Part shown: piece after piece, positions 9,935 to 20,000 of the stretch
Layout of the letters: each line of letters begins with the position of its first letter
Numbering within the stretch: position 1 is the stretch's first letter
DNA from: a virus
IMG/VR virus record: IMGVR_UViG_3300013286_000009
Location: 21,597 to 85,596 of that record
Direction: 5' to 3' (one strand)
Length of the DNA stretch: 64,000 nt
Translations under genes and position numbers: made by a program
The notes under the pieces: generated by a model
Database searches by the model: none
What the model was told of the DNA's origin: nothing
Seen by the model: only the letters and a program-made list of their open reading frames with translations

Positions 9935-10674
9935 GAGAAATACGTTGGTCGTTTAGCACAAGTTGCGAATGGTTCGTTGATCATGCGTCGTCAATAGAGC
10001 ATTTGGTACAGGACTACGATCCTTTTACTAGTCTGACTAAAGATGTTATGGCTGAACGTAAAGGAGCAGTGTTTACCAAATGTCCTGCACATACTGATTT
10101 TATCAAAAATACATTTATCATACGTGCTCCGTTTGATCTTACTATCAATAGCAAGATAGATCCTGTTACTAATGACGGTGAATTGTGGTGCGACAACCTC
10201 ACACAGGAACAATTTAAACAGATAATAGACACTAGATTTTTATTTAATAATGAACGCGGTATTAATCCGTGGCCTATTATTGGCATCGATTGGTTATACT
10301 GTTTTACTTCTGACGTTTCTACTATATTGCAAATAATGCCGGCATTCATGCACAGAAATCAATTTGTAGAAAAAACAATTATGGTTCCCGGGCAGTTTGA
10401 TATTAGCAAATGGGTGCGTAATGTAGAAACAGCTTTTGAAGTAAGAGGCAACAACGAACGTATCGAGATAAAGAAAGGTGATGCCATTATGTATGCCAAA
10501 TTTTTATGCGATGAACCTGTAAGATTAGTACAAGAATCTATTCCTTGGGAGGAGATGTATGTGTGTAACGAGATAAAAAGTAAAGATCGCAACAGGCCTC
10601 TGCAGAACCGTTACGAAGAATATGCCAAAGTACGTGCGGCAAAGTGTCCATATCCACATGACAAACAAGATTAA
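9931..10674 (+). CDS. Hypothetical protein embedded in the halogenase operon
   Basis: 247-aa ORF overlapping both flanking halogenase genes. Contains KCPAHTD...FIIRAPFD and IKKGD motifs; no function recognised. Confidence 0.7.
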   Translation: MREIRWSFSTSCEWFVDHASSIEHLVQDYDPFTSLTKDVMAERKGAVFTKCPAHTDFIKNTFIIRAPFDLTINSKIDPVTNDGELWCDNLTQEQFKQIIDTRFLFNNERGINPWPIIGIDWLYCFTSDVSTILQIMPAFMHRNQFVEKTIMVPGQFDISKWVRNVETAFEVRGNNERIEIKKGDAIMYAKFLCDEPVRLVQESIPWEEMYVCNEIKSKDRNRPLQNRYEEYAKVRAAKCPYPHDKQD

Positions 10675-12223
10675 TTCCATTATCGTAGTAGGCGGTGGCA
10701 GTGCAGGCTGGATTACAGCGGCATCATTGATCACACAACTTAAAGATGTCAAGGTAACTGTGATTGAAAGTCCTAACATACCCACTGTAGGTGTGGGAGA
10801 AAGCACAGTAGGCGGAATACGTGCTTGGTTGCGCATGGTGGGTATAGTAGATCGCGACTTTATGAAAGCTACCGATGCCAGCTACAAGATTGCTATTAAA
10901 TTCAATAATTTCTATGAAAAAGATCAAGGCACTTGGTATTATCCATTTGGTCGACCACTGCTGGAAGATAATTTGCATGGAAGAGATGATTGGTTTATTA
11001 AGAAATCTCTATACCCAAAAACTCCTAGTCACGATTATGTAGACTGCTATTATCCGCAAATGGCACTGGTTAATTCTAATAAGATCATGATGAACAACGG
11101 TGACCTTGATAATTTTAATTTTTATAACGACACTGCTTTTCATTTTGATGCGGCTAAACTAGGTATTTGGTTGCGAGATCATCACTGTAAACCTAAAGGT
11201 GTAAGTCACATACCTGCTGAAGTACAAGAAATAAAAGTAGATGAAACCGGTATACAATATCTCACATTAGATAGCGGTGCAAATATATCTGCTGACTTGT
11301 ATATAGACTGTACTGGATTTAAAAGTTTGCTGTTGGGAGAGGCATTGGCAGAACCATTCGTAAGTTACGAACATTTGCTACCTAACAATCGTGCTTGGGC
11401 TACTAGAATTCCTTATACCGATAAAGAAACACAACTGACCAATGTAACTGAATGCACTGCAACGGATAACGGTTGGGTATGGAACATACCTTTATGGAGT
11501 CGTATTGGAACTGGCTATGTTTACAGTGACAAATATCTTACTCCTGAACAGGCAAAAAATGATTTTATTAACTATTTGTCAGCACAAGGACATCCCGTAG
11601 AAGATCTAGAATTCCGTGATATTAAGATGCGTGTGGGTAAACATAAGAGACTATGGGTTAAAAATTGTGTAGCTCTGGGTCTTAGTGCGGCATTTATAGA
11701 ACCTTTAGAATCAACAGGATTATTAACTACACATGATTTTGCTAGATCATTATGCGATATGTTGGTAAGAGATTCAATTAGCCAATGGGATAGAGATGAG
11801 TTCAATCTTAAATGCGAAGATGAATTTAATTACTGGGCTCAATTTGTTTCCATGCATTACGCTCTAAGCCAAAGAAATGACAGTAAATATTGGCAAGATA
11901 TTAATAATAAATCCTATCTGGATTTAATGCCTGCTGTTAATAGACTAGGAACACAAAGTCTATATCATCATTCTATCTATTCAAAAAACTTTAATAAATT
12001 TTTTCAAGACGATGACGGAGTTAATTGTTTGGCAGCTGGAATGAATTGGAATCCCCAAACATCTGTAAATCTCAATACTATATTTGCTGTTGGTACTGAT
12101 TTACACGAAGATTTTAGTCTAATGGTTGATAAATTAGAAGACAGAAAAGAAAGATGGAAAAGGGCTGTAGCAACAGCCCCTAGTCTTTATCAATATCTAA
12201 AAGATAATTTTTATAAAGATTAA
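10658..12223 (+). CDS. Flavin-dependent halogenase family protein 4
   Basis: GGGSAG, GVGEST, DASYKIAI, GWVWNIP, FIEPLESTGL. Start moved to ATG 10658 (MTNKINSIIVVGGG). Confidence 0.92.
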   Translation: MTNKINSIIVVGGGSAGWITAASLITQLKDVKVTVIESPNIPTVGVGESTVGGIRAWLRMVGIVDRDFMKATDASYKIAIKFNNFYEKDQGTWYYPFGRPLLEDNLHGRDDWFIKKSLYPKTPSHDYVDCYYPQMALVNSNKIMMNNGDLDNFNFYNDTAFHFDAAKLGIWLRDHHCKPKGVSHIPAEVQEIKVDETGIQYLTLDSGANISADLYIDCTGFKSLLLGEALAEPFVSYEHLLPNNRAWATRIPYTDKETQLTNVTECTATDNGWVWNIPLWSRIGTGYVYSDKYLTPEQAKNDFINYLSAQGHPVEDLEFRDIKMRVGKHKRLWVKNCVALGLSAAFIEPLESTGLLTTHDFARSLCDMLVRDSISQWDRDEFNLKCEDEFNYWAQFVSMHYALSQRNDSKYWQDINNKSYLDLMPAVNRLGTQSLYHHSIYSKNFNKFFQDDDGVNCLAAGMNWNPQTSVNLNTIFAVGTDLHEDFSLMVDKLEDRKERWKRAVATAPSLYQYLKDNFYKD

Positions 12224-13365
12224 TATCTTACAACAACAATACCAGAACCACCGTCTGCACCATGCTGTCCACCACCGGCACCGCCACCTGTATTTGCGCC
12301 GCCGTGGCCGCCACGTGCTGTAGGTTGTGCATCTTGGCCTTGGGTAAGAGCCATTCCGCCGCCTTGGCTAAGTTTAATAGTTCCTCCGTATGGCCCGCCA
12401 TGATGATGTCCGCCACCGCCGCCACCACCAATGCCACCATCGCTAAATCCCCAGCCTAAATGGCCACCTCCGCCACCTCCGCCACCATAGTATATTGAGG
12501 CACCGCTACCGAGGATATCGCTCGCACGGCCTGCGCCGCCTATAATCATATTATTACGAAAACTACCACGGTATGCTTGACGTCCGTCAGGAGCACTTGC
12601 TCCAGGGCCGCCTGCACCGCCGCCACCTCCGCCTTGGTGAGTATTTTCGGTGTCGACATTGTATCTAAGGCCAGAACCTCCAGGATATCCTAATCCTACA
12701 GTTCCGTATCCACCATATGATCGCTGTCTACTGCCGCTAGTATCTGTATTTGAGCCGCCGCCACCGGATGCACTACTGCGGCCGCCGGTTGATCCGTTGT
12801 CCATCGATCCGTTACTGCCGCCAGCCCAGGATCCACCGCCACCTCCGCCTGTGGCGGTTATGGATCCAAACACACTTGATCCTCCAGTTGGCCCTGCGAC
12901 GTTAGGAGTACGGCCGCCGCCACCGCCGCCTACTGTAACACTAACACCAACGCCAGCACTAACCGGATAACTACGATTAAAGCTAACGCCACCCCCGCCA
13001 CCCCCGGCAGCCCAATCGTATCCGCTTGAACCACCTCCGCCAACTACTAGCACTTGAACATTGCCGGTAAATGTTGGTGTAAATGTTGCAGATGTAACTG
13101 AGGTAAACATGTGAATAATAGCACCGTGAGCATAATATATGCTATCACCGCCTGTACCCACTAGACCCGGACTATAACCTGTTACTGGTCTCCAAGCACT
13201 ACCGTCATAAAATTCTAAAGTTCCTGAAGAATTTCCTGCGGCATTATAGTTATTATTAGTAGTATTATATCTTAACTTTGCTAATCCCGTTGATGTACTA
13301 ACTGTCTGATTAGGCAGTTTAATATTGTCTGATCCGTTGATTGTGGTATTTTTAAGGGTTGCCAT
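12220..13365 (-). CDS. Glycine-rich adhesin/fibre-tip-like virion protein A
   Basis: N-terminal LRYNT...EFYDG..W module, VLVVGGGG, polyglycine runs separated by variable loops, C-terminal GGSGIVVVRY. Confidence 0.75.
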   Translation of the reverse strand: MATLKNTTINGSDNIKLPNQTVSTSTGLAKLRYNTTNNNYNAAGNSSGTLEFYDGSAWRPVTGYSPGLVGTGGDSIYYAHGAIIHMFTSVTSATFTPTFTGNVQVLVVGGGGSSGYDWAAGGGGGGVSFNRSYPVSAGVGVSVTVGGGGGGRTPNVAGPTGGSSVFGSITATGGGGGGSWAGGSNGSMDNGSTGGRSSASGGGGSNTDTSGSRQRSYGGYGTVGLGYPGGSGLRYNVDTENTHQGGGGGGAGGPGASAPDGRQAYRGSFRNNMIIGGAGRASDILGSGASIYYGGGGGGGGHLGWGFSDGGIGGGGGGGHHHGGPYGGTIKLSQGGGMALTQGQDAQPTARGGHGGANTGGGAGGGQHGADGGSGIVVVRY

Positions 13366-13376
13366 CTATCGCTCCA

Positions 13377-14516
13377 TTAGTATCTGATAATAACAATGCC
13401 ACTGCCGCCATTGCCTGCTTGCCCGTATGAGCCACCACCACCACCGCCTGTATTATCTCCGGCACTGCCGCCAACATAATGACTAGACCCTTGTCCGCCA
13501 TTATTAATAGAATAGCCACCGCCTACTGATGTTCCTGTATGCTGTGTACCAGGATATCGAGGGCCGCCATGATATTGGGCGCCGCTACCACCACCACCAA
13601 TACCACCACTTGGACACATTGTGCTGTTACCATGGTGTACAGCGCCACCGCCACCACCACCCCAGTACTGTATGTAACCCATGACATCACTGGCTGCGCC
13701 TGCGCCGCCATTTTGTGCTAATCCTTGGTGGCAATCGTCCTCCATACTCCAACCAGGTTCGGCAGCTCCGCCGCCTCCGCCTGCATGGTGACTATCTTCA
13801 CCTTGACGATTATATCTCATTCCGCTTCCGCCTGGAAATCCTTGGCCGCTTACACCGCGTCCGCCCAAATTTGTGTTACGACTGTCGTTTGGACCAGTAT
13901 GGCTATTTGATCCGTTGCCTTGTGATGCAGGACAACCGCCGCCGCCTGAACCGCCTGGTCGTGCGGCATATCCGTCCCAAGATCCGCCACCACCACCGCC
14001 GTATGCGGTAATTGATCCAAATGTTGTGTTGGCTCCTGGATTTGAACTTTGCGCATAGGCAGGGGGTGAAGGCTGTGTACCGGCTACGTTTAGCGGAATT
14101 CCTGAACCTTGACTTACTGGATATGCTCTGTTGTAAACGAATCCTCCAGCGCCTCCGCCACCGCCTAGATGTCCTCCGCCTGAGCCACCGCCACCAATTA
14201 CTAAAACTTCTACGGTTCCTGAAAATGCAGGTGTAAATGTTGCGGCGCCTGATGCAGTAAACATGTGTACTACACCGGGTGCTCGATTTGAATTATTTGG
14301 AGCACTGTATATCAAAGTGCCGCCTGTACCTATAGAACCTTTGCTGATACCAGTAATAGGTCTCCAACCAGTAGAATCATAAAATTCCATCAAATTGTTA
14401 GCAGTATTTAATCTTAACATACCTGCTGTTGGACTACCGTTTCTACTAGCAGTTGCTCCTGTTGGTAAATCTAAATATCCAGTATCACTGATTGTTGTGC
14501 TTTGTAAAGTTGCCAT
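13377..14516 (-). CDS. Glycine-rich adhesin/fibre-tip-like virion protein B
   Basis: Paralog of A: LPTG...R..SPTAGMLRLNT, GQGFPGG, ends GGSGIVIIRY. Confidence 0.75.
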   Translation of the reverse strand: MATLQSTTISDTGYLDLPTGATASRNGSPTAGMLRLNTANNLMEFYDSTGWRPITGISKGSIGTGGTLIYSAPNNSNRAPGVVHMFTASGAATFTPAFSGTVEVLVIGGGGSGGGHLGGGGGAGGFVYNRAYPVSQGSGIPLNVAGTQPSPPAYAQSSNPGANTTFGSITAYGGGGGGSWDGYAARPGGSGGGGCPASQGNGSNSHTGPNDSRNTNLGGRGVSGQGFPGGSGMRYNRQGEDSHHAGGGGGAAEPGWSMEDDCHQGLAQNGGAGAASDVMGYIQYWGGGGGGAVHHGNSTMCPSGGIGGGGSGAQYHGGPRYPGTQHTGTSVGGGYSINNGGQGSSHYVGGSAGDNTGGGGGGSYGQAGNGGSGIVIIRY

Positions 14517-14519
14517 TGA

Positions 14520-15581
14520 TTAATACCTAACTATAACAATACCAGATCCACCGGTACCGTGATAACTTCCAGCGGCGCCGCCGCCGCCGCCTGTGTTTGC
14601 TCCGCCGTTGCCACCGAAACGAGAATGACCGTCACTGTTGCTAGCATTGCCGCCGTTGTTTAATGCTTGACTACCGCCATATCCATTTCCTACACTTGGA
14701 GTTCCTGGACTGTAATGGGCTCCGCCTGCACCTCCGCCACCGATGCCGCCATCGCCACCACCACCATCGCAGATGTGTGGGCCGCTGGCGCCGCCGCCGG
14801 ACCAATATAAAATACTGCCTAAAATATCACTGGCCGCGCCTGGGCCGCCATGTGTTGCTTGTTTTTGATTTGAATCTTGCGACGCAAGGCCCGGGCCGCC
14901 TGCGCCGCCGCCGCCGCCGCCATTGTGTGTATTTTCGCCGTCGTCATTGTATCTTACGCCGGCACCACCAGGAAATCCTTGACCTGTAGTTCCTGCGCCG
15001 CCAAAACATCTCATACGATTACCGTCTGAGTCACAGTTTGCTCCGCCACCCCCAGATCCTCCTGCATTTCCTGGAGTGTTTTGATTCCAAAATCCTGAAT
15101 AGCCGCCGCCATATGCCGTTGTTGAACCAAACGTTGAGTTTCCCCCTTGGCCAGAACCGCTTGGGCCGCCACCGCCAACACTTAGTGGGATTCCAACACC
15201 TTGACTAACTGGATAAGCACGGTTAAAAACTAGACCGCCACCACCACCGCCACCGCCCCAGCCACCATTGGCTCCGCCACCACCGCCTACTACTAATACC
15301 TGTACATAACCTGTAAAGTTAGGAGTAAATGTTGCAGATGTAACTGAGGTAAATTGATGAACAACTCCGCCACCTAACATGCTGATATTATCGCCGCCGG
15401 TGCCTACAGTCCCATGACTATAACCGGTCACTGGACGCCAATTTGTACCGTCCCAATATTCCATTAAATTATAATCAGTATTATAACGCATCATTCCGTT
15501 AGCAGGGCTACCTGGACGCTGTGCAGAATTGCCTTGTGGTAATGTTAGCTCTGTAAATGTAGACGATTGTAGCTGTGCCAT
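14520..15581 (-). CDS. Glycine-rich adhesin/fibre-tip-like virion protein C
   Basis: Paralog of A and B: GMMRYNT..MEYWDG, GQGFPGG, ends GGSGIVIVRY. Confidence 0.75.
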   Translation of the reverse strand: MAQLQSSTFTELTLPQGNSAQRPGSPANGMMRYNTDYNLMEYWDGTNWRPVTGYSHGTVGTGGDNISMLGGGVVHQFTSVTSATFTPNFTGYVQVLVVGGGGGANGGWGGGGGGGGLVFNRAYPVSQGVGIPLSVGGGGPSGSGQGGNSTFGSTTAYGGGYSGFWNQNTPGNAGGSGGGGANCDSDGNRMRCFGGAGTTGQGFPGGAGVRYNDDGENTHNGGGGGGAGGPGLASQDSNQKQATHGGPGAASDILGSILYWSGGGASGPHICDGGGGDGGIGGGGAGGAHYSPGTPSVGNGYGGSQALNNGGNASNSDGHSRFGGNGGANTGGGGGAAGSYHGTGGSGIVIVRY

Positions 15582-16697
15582 TTAATTGCTACCTTTTGTT
15601 TTTTTAGTAATAGTAGTTTTAGTAGCTACCGCTTTACCTTTGAGTTCGTTAATTTCTTCTTGGAGTGTTTTGATACACTCAATTAAGTATGCACTTACTT
15701 TTGTATAGTGAATTCCGTAAGGATTGCCTTTATCATCTAAAGCAACTAGTTCTGGAACATGTTTGAATACATGTTCAGCAATTAAACCAGCTTCATGTTT
15801 CTTATTGTCTTTACGATCATACGTCACACCAGTTAATTTTAATATTGCATCTAATGCGCCAGTAATAGGGTTAATATTTTCTTTAAATGCGATACTTGAT
15901 GTTTCAACTAATCCAACTGTGTATATTGTTCCGCCGCAGCCAATACCGCCAACAACGTTAAATGCATTACTTGTGCTGGTTGCTGTGTTACCTTGACTAC
16001 TGGATGTGATTGCATTTAATCCACTACTTGCTGTTGAAGTAATTAAACCGGTAGTGCTCAATACACCGTTGCCGTAAATGGCACCGCTTACACCTAGACC
16101 ACCAGTTACCAACAAAGCGGCCGACGCTGTGTTATAAGCTGTTGCCACGCCGCCTGTAACTGATAATGAATTGGCACTAGCCACGTTGGTTGATACAGAT
16201 GTAAATGCGCCGGCTTTAGCTGTAGTGCCGCCAATTATCATATTGTCTATTGAGCCAGTGGTCGCTGGATTGACTGTGACTACCCCAGAGCCGGTGGGAC
16301 TTAATACTACGTTGGCGTTTGCGGGACTAAGTGTTACAGTTGAACTGGCAGTTAATGTACTTGCACTAAGCGGGCCGCCTAATAGGGTAACTACAACATA
16401 ATCAGTTCCATCAGAAACAAGTTGAACTGTTGAACCGTTTGGTAATGCTTGTGTTCCGGTACCCGAAGCACCTGGACCAATAAAGTTAGCACCAGTGCCT
16501 GTGAGAAGTGACACAACACTACCAGTTTTATTATAAAACACTTGTGTTACACCGTTGTATAAAGGTGCTAATGGTACTGTTACCGAATAAGGTCCAGTGC
16601 CGGTGAGTTCTGTAAACTGTCCTTGAGAAGGACTTGCAAGCGTAGCTCCGCTTAACGACCCACTTGTTGAACTAATTACGGTATTATAACGTGCCAT
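15582..16697 (-). CDS. Tail fibre protein with C-terminal intramolecular chaperone (peptidase S74-like)
   Basis: Ser/Thr/Gly-rich fibre body, then TSSIAFKENI...GVTYD...GLIAEHV...PELV...Y..V...LIECIK and a coiled coil. Ser and Lys are spaced 5 apart. Confidence 0.85.
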   Translation of the reverse strand: MARYNTVISSTSGSLSGATLASPSQGQFTELTGTGPYSVTVPLAPLYNGVTQVFYNKTGSVVSLLTGTGANFIGPGASGTGTQALPNGSTVQLVSDGTDYVVVTLLGGPLSASTLTASSTVTLSPANANVVLSPTGSGVVTVNPATTGSIDNMIIGGTTAKAGAFTSVSTNVASANSLSVTGGVATAYNTASAALLVTGGLGVSGAIYGNGVLSTTGLITSTASSGLNAITSSSQGNTATSTSNAFNVVGGIGCGGTIYTVGLVETSSIAFKENINPITGALDAILKLTGVTYDRKDNKKHEAGLIAEHVFKHVPELVALDDKGNPYGIHYTKVSAYLIECIKTLQEEINELKGKAVATKTTITKKTKGSN

Positions 16698-16720
16698 ATT
16701 TTATCTCTCTTTAATTTCTA

Positions 16721-17050
16721 TTATGATGTCGATGTTTCAATACCATAAACAGTTGCATTGACTTGATTACCTGTGCTTGCACTTGCTACTACGTATAGGT
16801 TTGAACCAGCTACTAATCCTGTACGCTCAAATACACCGTAACCTACAAGGGTGGTTTGTTGTTCTATAAAATCACTAGTACCCGGTGTAGCTGATGTTGC
16901 TATCGCCAATTTGATAGTCACTGCGGATGATCCAGTATTGGTCAACGAAACGTTGAATACTGAATAGTAGTTGTTAGGAACTATGTAAAGTGTTGTATTA
17001 CCAGTTGCTAACTGTAGTGAGCCGCCTATCGTTAAACGTCCTGTTGCCAT
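16721..17050 (-). CDS. Small virion/fibre adaptor-like protein
   Basis: 109 aa, TTLYIVP...NVSLTN...FERTGLV. Similar to 36768..37325 and 41272..41592. Confidence 0.65.
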   Translation of the reverse strand: MATGRLTIGGSLQLATGNTTLYIVPNNYYSVFNVSLTNTGSSAVTIKLAIATSATPGTSDFIEQQTTLVGYGVFERTGLVAGSNLYVVASASTGNQVNATVYGIETSTS

Positions 17051-17068
17051 TTTTATTTCTCCAAAATT

Positions 17069-20000
17069 TTATCGTTGACTAAAGAATACAAGGGCAACTG
17101 GTGCTCCGTCAATTCCGCCCGAAAACGTCATCTTAGAAGTTACCAGGATTTGTGCCCCAGTTGTATTACTTATCACATTATTTGCTATCTGAACTTGTCC
17201 TGCTATCAAAGTATTTACGTTCAAGCTACTAGATCCGCCACCAATTTGAGCTGTAATATAGCTCTTAATCGCTTTTTGTGTTGGTACAATACTGTCGCTA
17301 TTTGCTGTAAAGTACGGGTCTGTTGAAAATTGCGTAATAATTGCACTTCCAACACCTAAACTTACTGCACCCAGTTGCAATGATTGTAATCCTGACAAAT
17401 TAAACGCACTAGCGTTCAACGTAGCTGTACCAGTTGCTTGTTGAACTCCGAACAAGTTACCCACGTTAAAGTTACCGTCTTGATCAGTTGATGTAAAGAA
17501 CACACGACCGCCACCACTTGAATTTTGCTGATTTGCTTGAATAGCATTGGCAGCAATTACATATGGATAATTGGTTTGTGTTTGATTTCCAGTACCAATG
17601 TACAAGAAATCGTGTCCGGTTAAACGAACTTGACTGTATTTCAAACGTGTTGTAATTAGTGTACCTTGTGCCGGCGCCAGCAACGTACTCATACTTGGAT
17701 TAATCTGGAATGATGCTGTATAATTTCCAGCTATTCCTAAGATATTAGTTACTTGTACCAGTTTGTACCATTGTGAGCTACCAGTAATTGTTGCAAATTG
17801 CACGTTTGATCCTGCCGCTGGCATACTAGGTAGACCAGCAACGTTGATATAACTACCAACTTGATACAAATCGCTATAGCCATCACCTGCTGTTACAGCA
17901 GTAGCAGTTGTATTGTTTGTACCTCTGTTAGGAAAACTAGGATTACCTAATGCCCCGTCGGTTGTACGAACTCGAGTACTTGCAACGTTAACTTTGTTAG
18001 GATCAGTTATAGTAATAATTGGACCAGCAGTATAAATCATACCACTTGTAGTTGCCGCAGTAAATGCAATACTAGTGCCTGCTGTTGCTAATGCCGCACT
18101 AGTTGCAACTTGGAATGTCAATGAACCAATACTTGATCCTACAACATAATATATGGTGTTGGTAGATAAGCCGCTGAATGCCGCGTTAAATTCAATTGGC
18201 TGATTGGCAATTAAGTTTTCAGTGTTGTCAGCAATAATAACACCCTGCACAGTTGCTACAACTGTTAGACCTGTTGTTGTTCCTACAGATGCCGCGCTGC
18301 CTGTCGGTGTTGTAGCAACTGATAGACTTGTGCCTGAACTTGATTGTACATAGTAAACCGTTGGGCTGGCAGATAAACTACCAACTGTGCTAGCAAATGT
18401 TATCGGCGATCCGACAGTTAAACTAGCACTAGAACTCAATGTAATGACTGTAGTACTGCTTGAGTTTACTGTTACAGTGGTAGCCGCAGTAATTGAACTG
18501 ATAGTTCCTTTTGGATATCCGCTACCTGGTTCAACCATGCGTATCTCAGTAATTGCGTTGCTTGCCACTTTTGCTCTAGCCTGTGCAGTTGCGCCAGTGT
18601 GTGCAGATACTGCAACTGTTGAACTGGCCGCGTTTGAAATGCCTACCCACAAAGGATTATATCCAATAGTTGAATTAGTTAATACACTACCAAATGTTAC
18701 AGCTTGCCATGTAGTAGAATTTGCAAATGCTTGTAACGACCAGTTAATACCGTCAGAGCTTACAGCACAGAAGTTATTAGAACTGCCTTTGGCCACTGCC
18801 ATAAACAAGCCTTCGCCGTAAGCAATACTTGACCATGTTGCCGCACTAGGCAATCCTGGACTGCCAGCTGCCGTAGATGCAAACCAAGTAACACCTAAAT
18901 CGTAACTGTAAGCTGTTGTGGTGGTGCCAGATGCTATTGCAACAAAACGTCCATTACCATATGTAATGCCGGTCCATGTTGCAGTACTAGGCAAAACTCC
19001 GCCTAGTGCCCATGTGTTACCATTTGTTGATTTTGCAGTAGTTGTACTGCCGCTGGCAATAGCAATATAAGCACCGTTACCGTATGCAACACTAGTGTAA
19101 GTTACTGCACCAACTGTATTAGCGGCCGCTGTCCAGTTGGTATTTGCGCCATCGCTAGTATATGCCAATGCTGGAGTAGTAGTTGTTCCGCCAACAGCAA
19201 TCCATTTGCCGTTTCCGTAACAAACTGAATTAAAGTTTGAACCAGGTAATGTGCCGCCTGCACTCCATGATACACCAGTAGTACTGTAAACAGAACTTGT
19301 TGAACTATTTGAAATAGCCAAGAAGCGACTTACAGCATCTGTAACAGTTATAGTTGGTACTGCGGTATATCCGTAACCGGGTATTGTTATAGTATAGCTA
19401 CTTACACCATAGTTGGTCATTGTTGCTGTTGCAACAGCCAATGTACCAACATAAGTTAATGCAACTCCGTATGTTCCCGCCGAGCCAGTTCCAGATGTAA
19501 ATGTTGGAGCGGCAGCGGTAAACGTTCCGTTAGCACCTGCTTGATAGTAAGTGGTTGTAAATGTTGTACTATTATAATAAGAATAGTAAGTGTTTAAGGT
19601 AGCTGATCCGCCGCTACTCCAAATTGTTGCACTGTATGGAGGTGCAATAACAACTGAGGGAGTGCTGTAATAGTTTGAACCCCATTTTACAGGTGTAACG
19701 ACAGTAACAATACTGGTTACTGCGGTAACTGTTGGTGTAGATGCATATCCGTTTCCTGGAATTATTACAGTTACTGATGAAATTGCGCCGTTTAATACTG
19801 TACATGTTGCAGTTGCACCTGTGCCGCCGCCGCCCGAAAATACTATAACAGGAGGAGTTAAGTAGTTAAATCCGCCACTGACAATGTTTACTCCAATAAT
19901 TTGAGAATAGCTGGAACCTGTAGTTCCAACAACTGCTGTTAATACCGCGGCTGATCCGCCAAAGCCGCCAACTGTAACTGTTGCAGAAGCGCCAGAGCCG

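Noticed and set aside
12228-14989. Many short alternative-frame and antisense ORFs, including Pro-rich and Arg/His-rich ones
   Set aside because: They are shadows of GGN-rich glycine codons in the three real genes and lack SDs or independent motifs.
12220-15581. Repetitive CCGCCGCC/CCACCACC tracts as a CRISPR array or DGR target
   Set aside because: They are polyglycine coding runs. There is no constant repeat-spacer periodicity, reverse transcriptase gene or adenine-specific TR/VR pair in the window.
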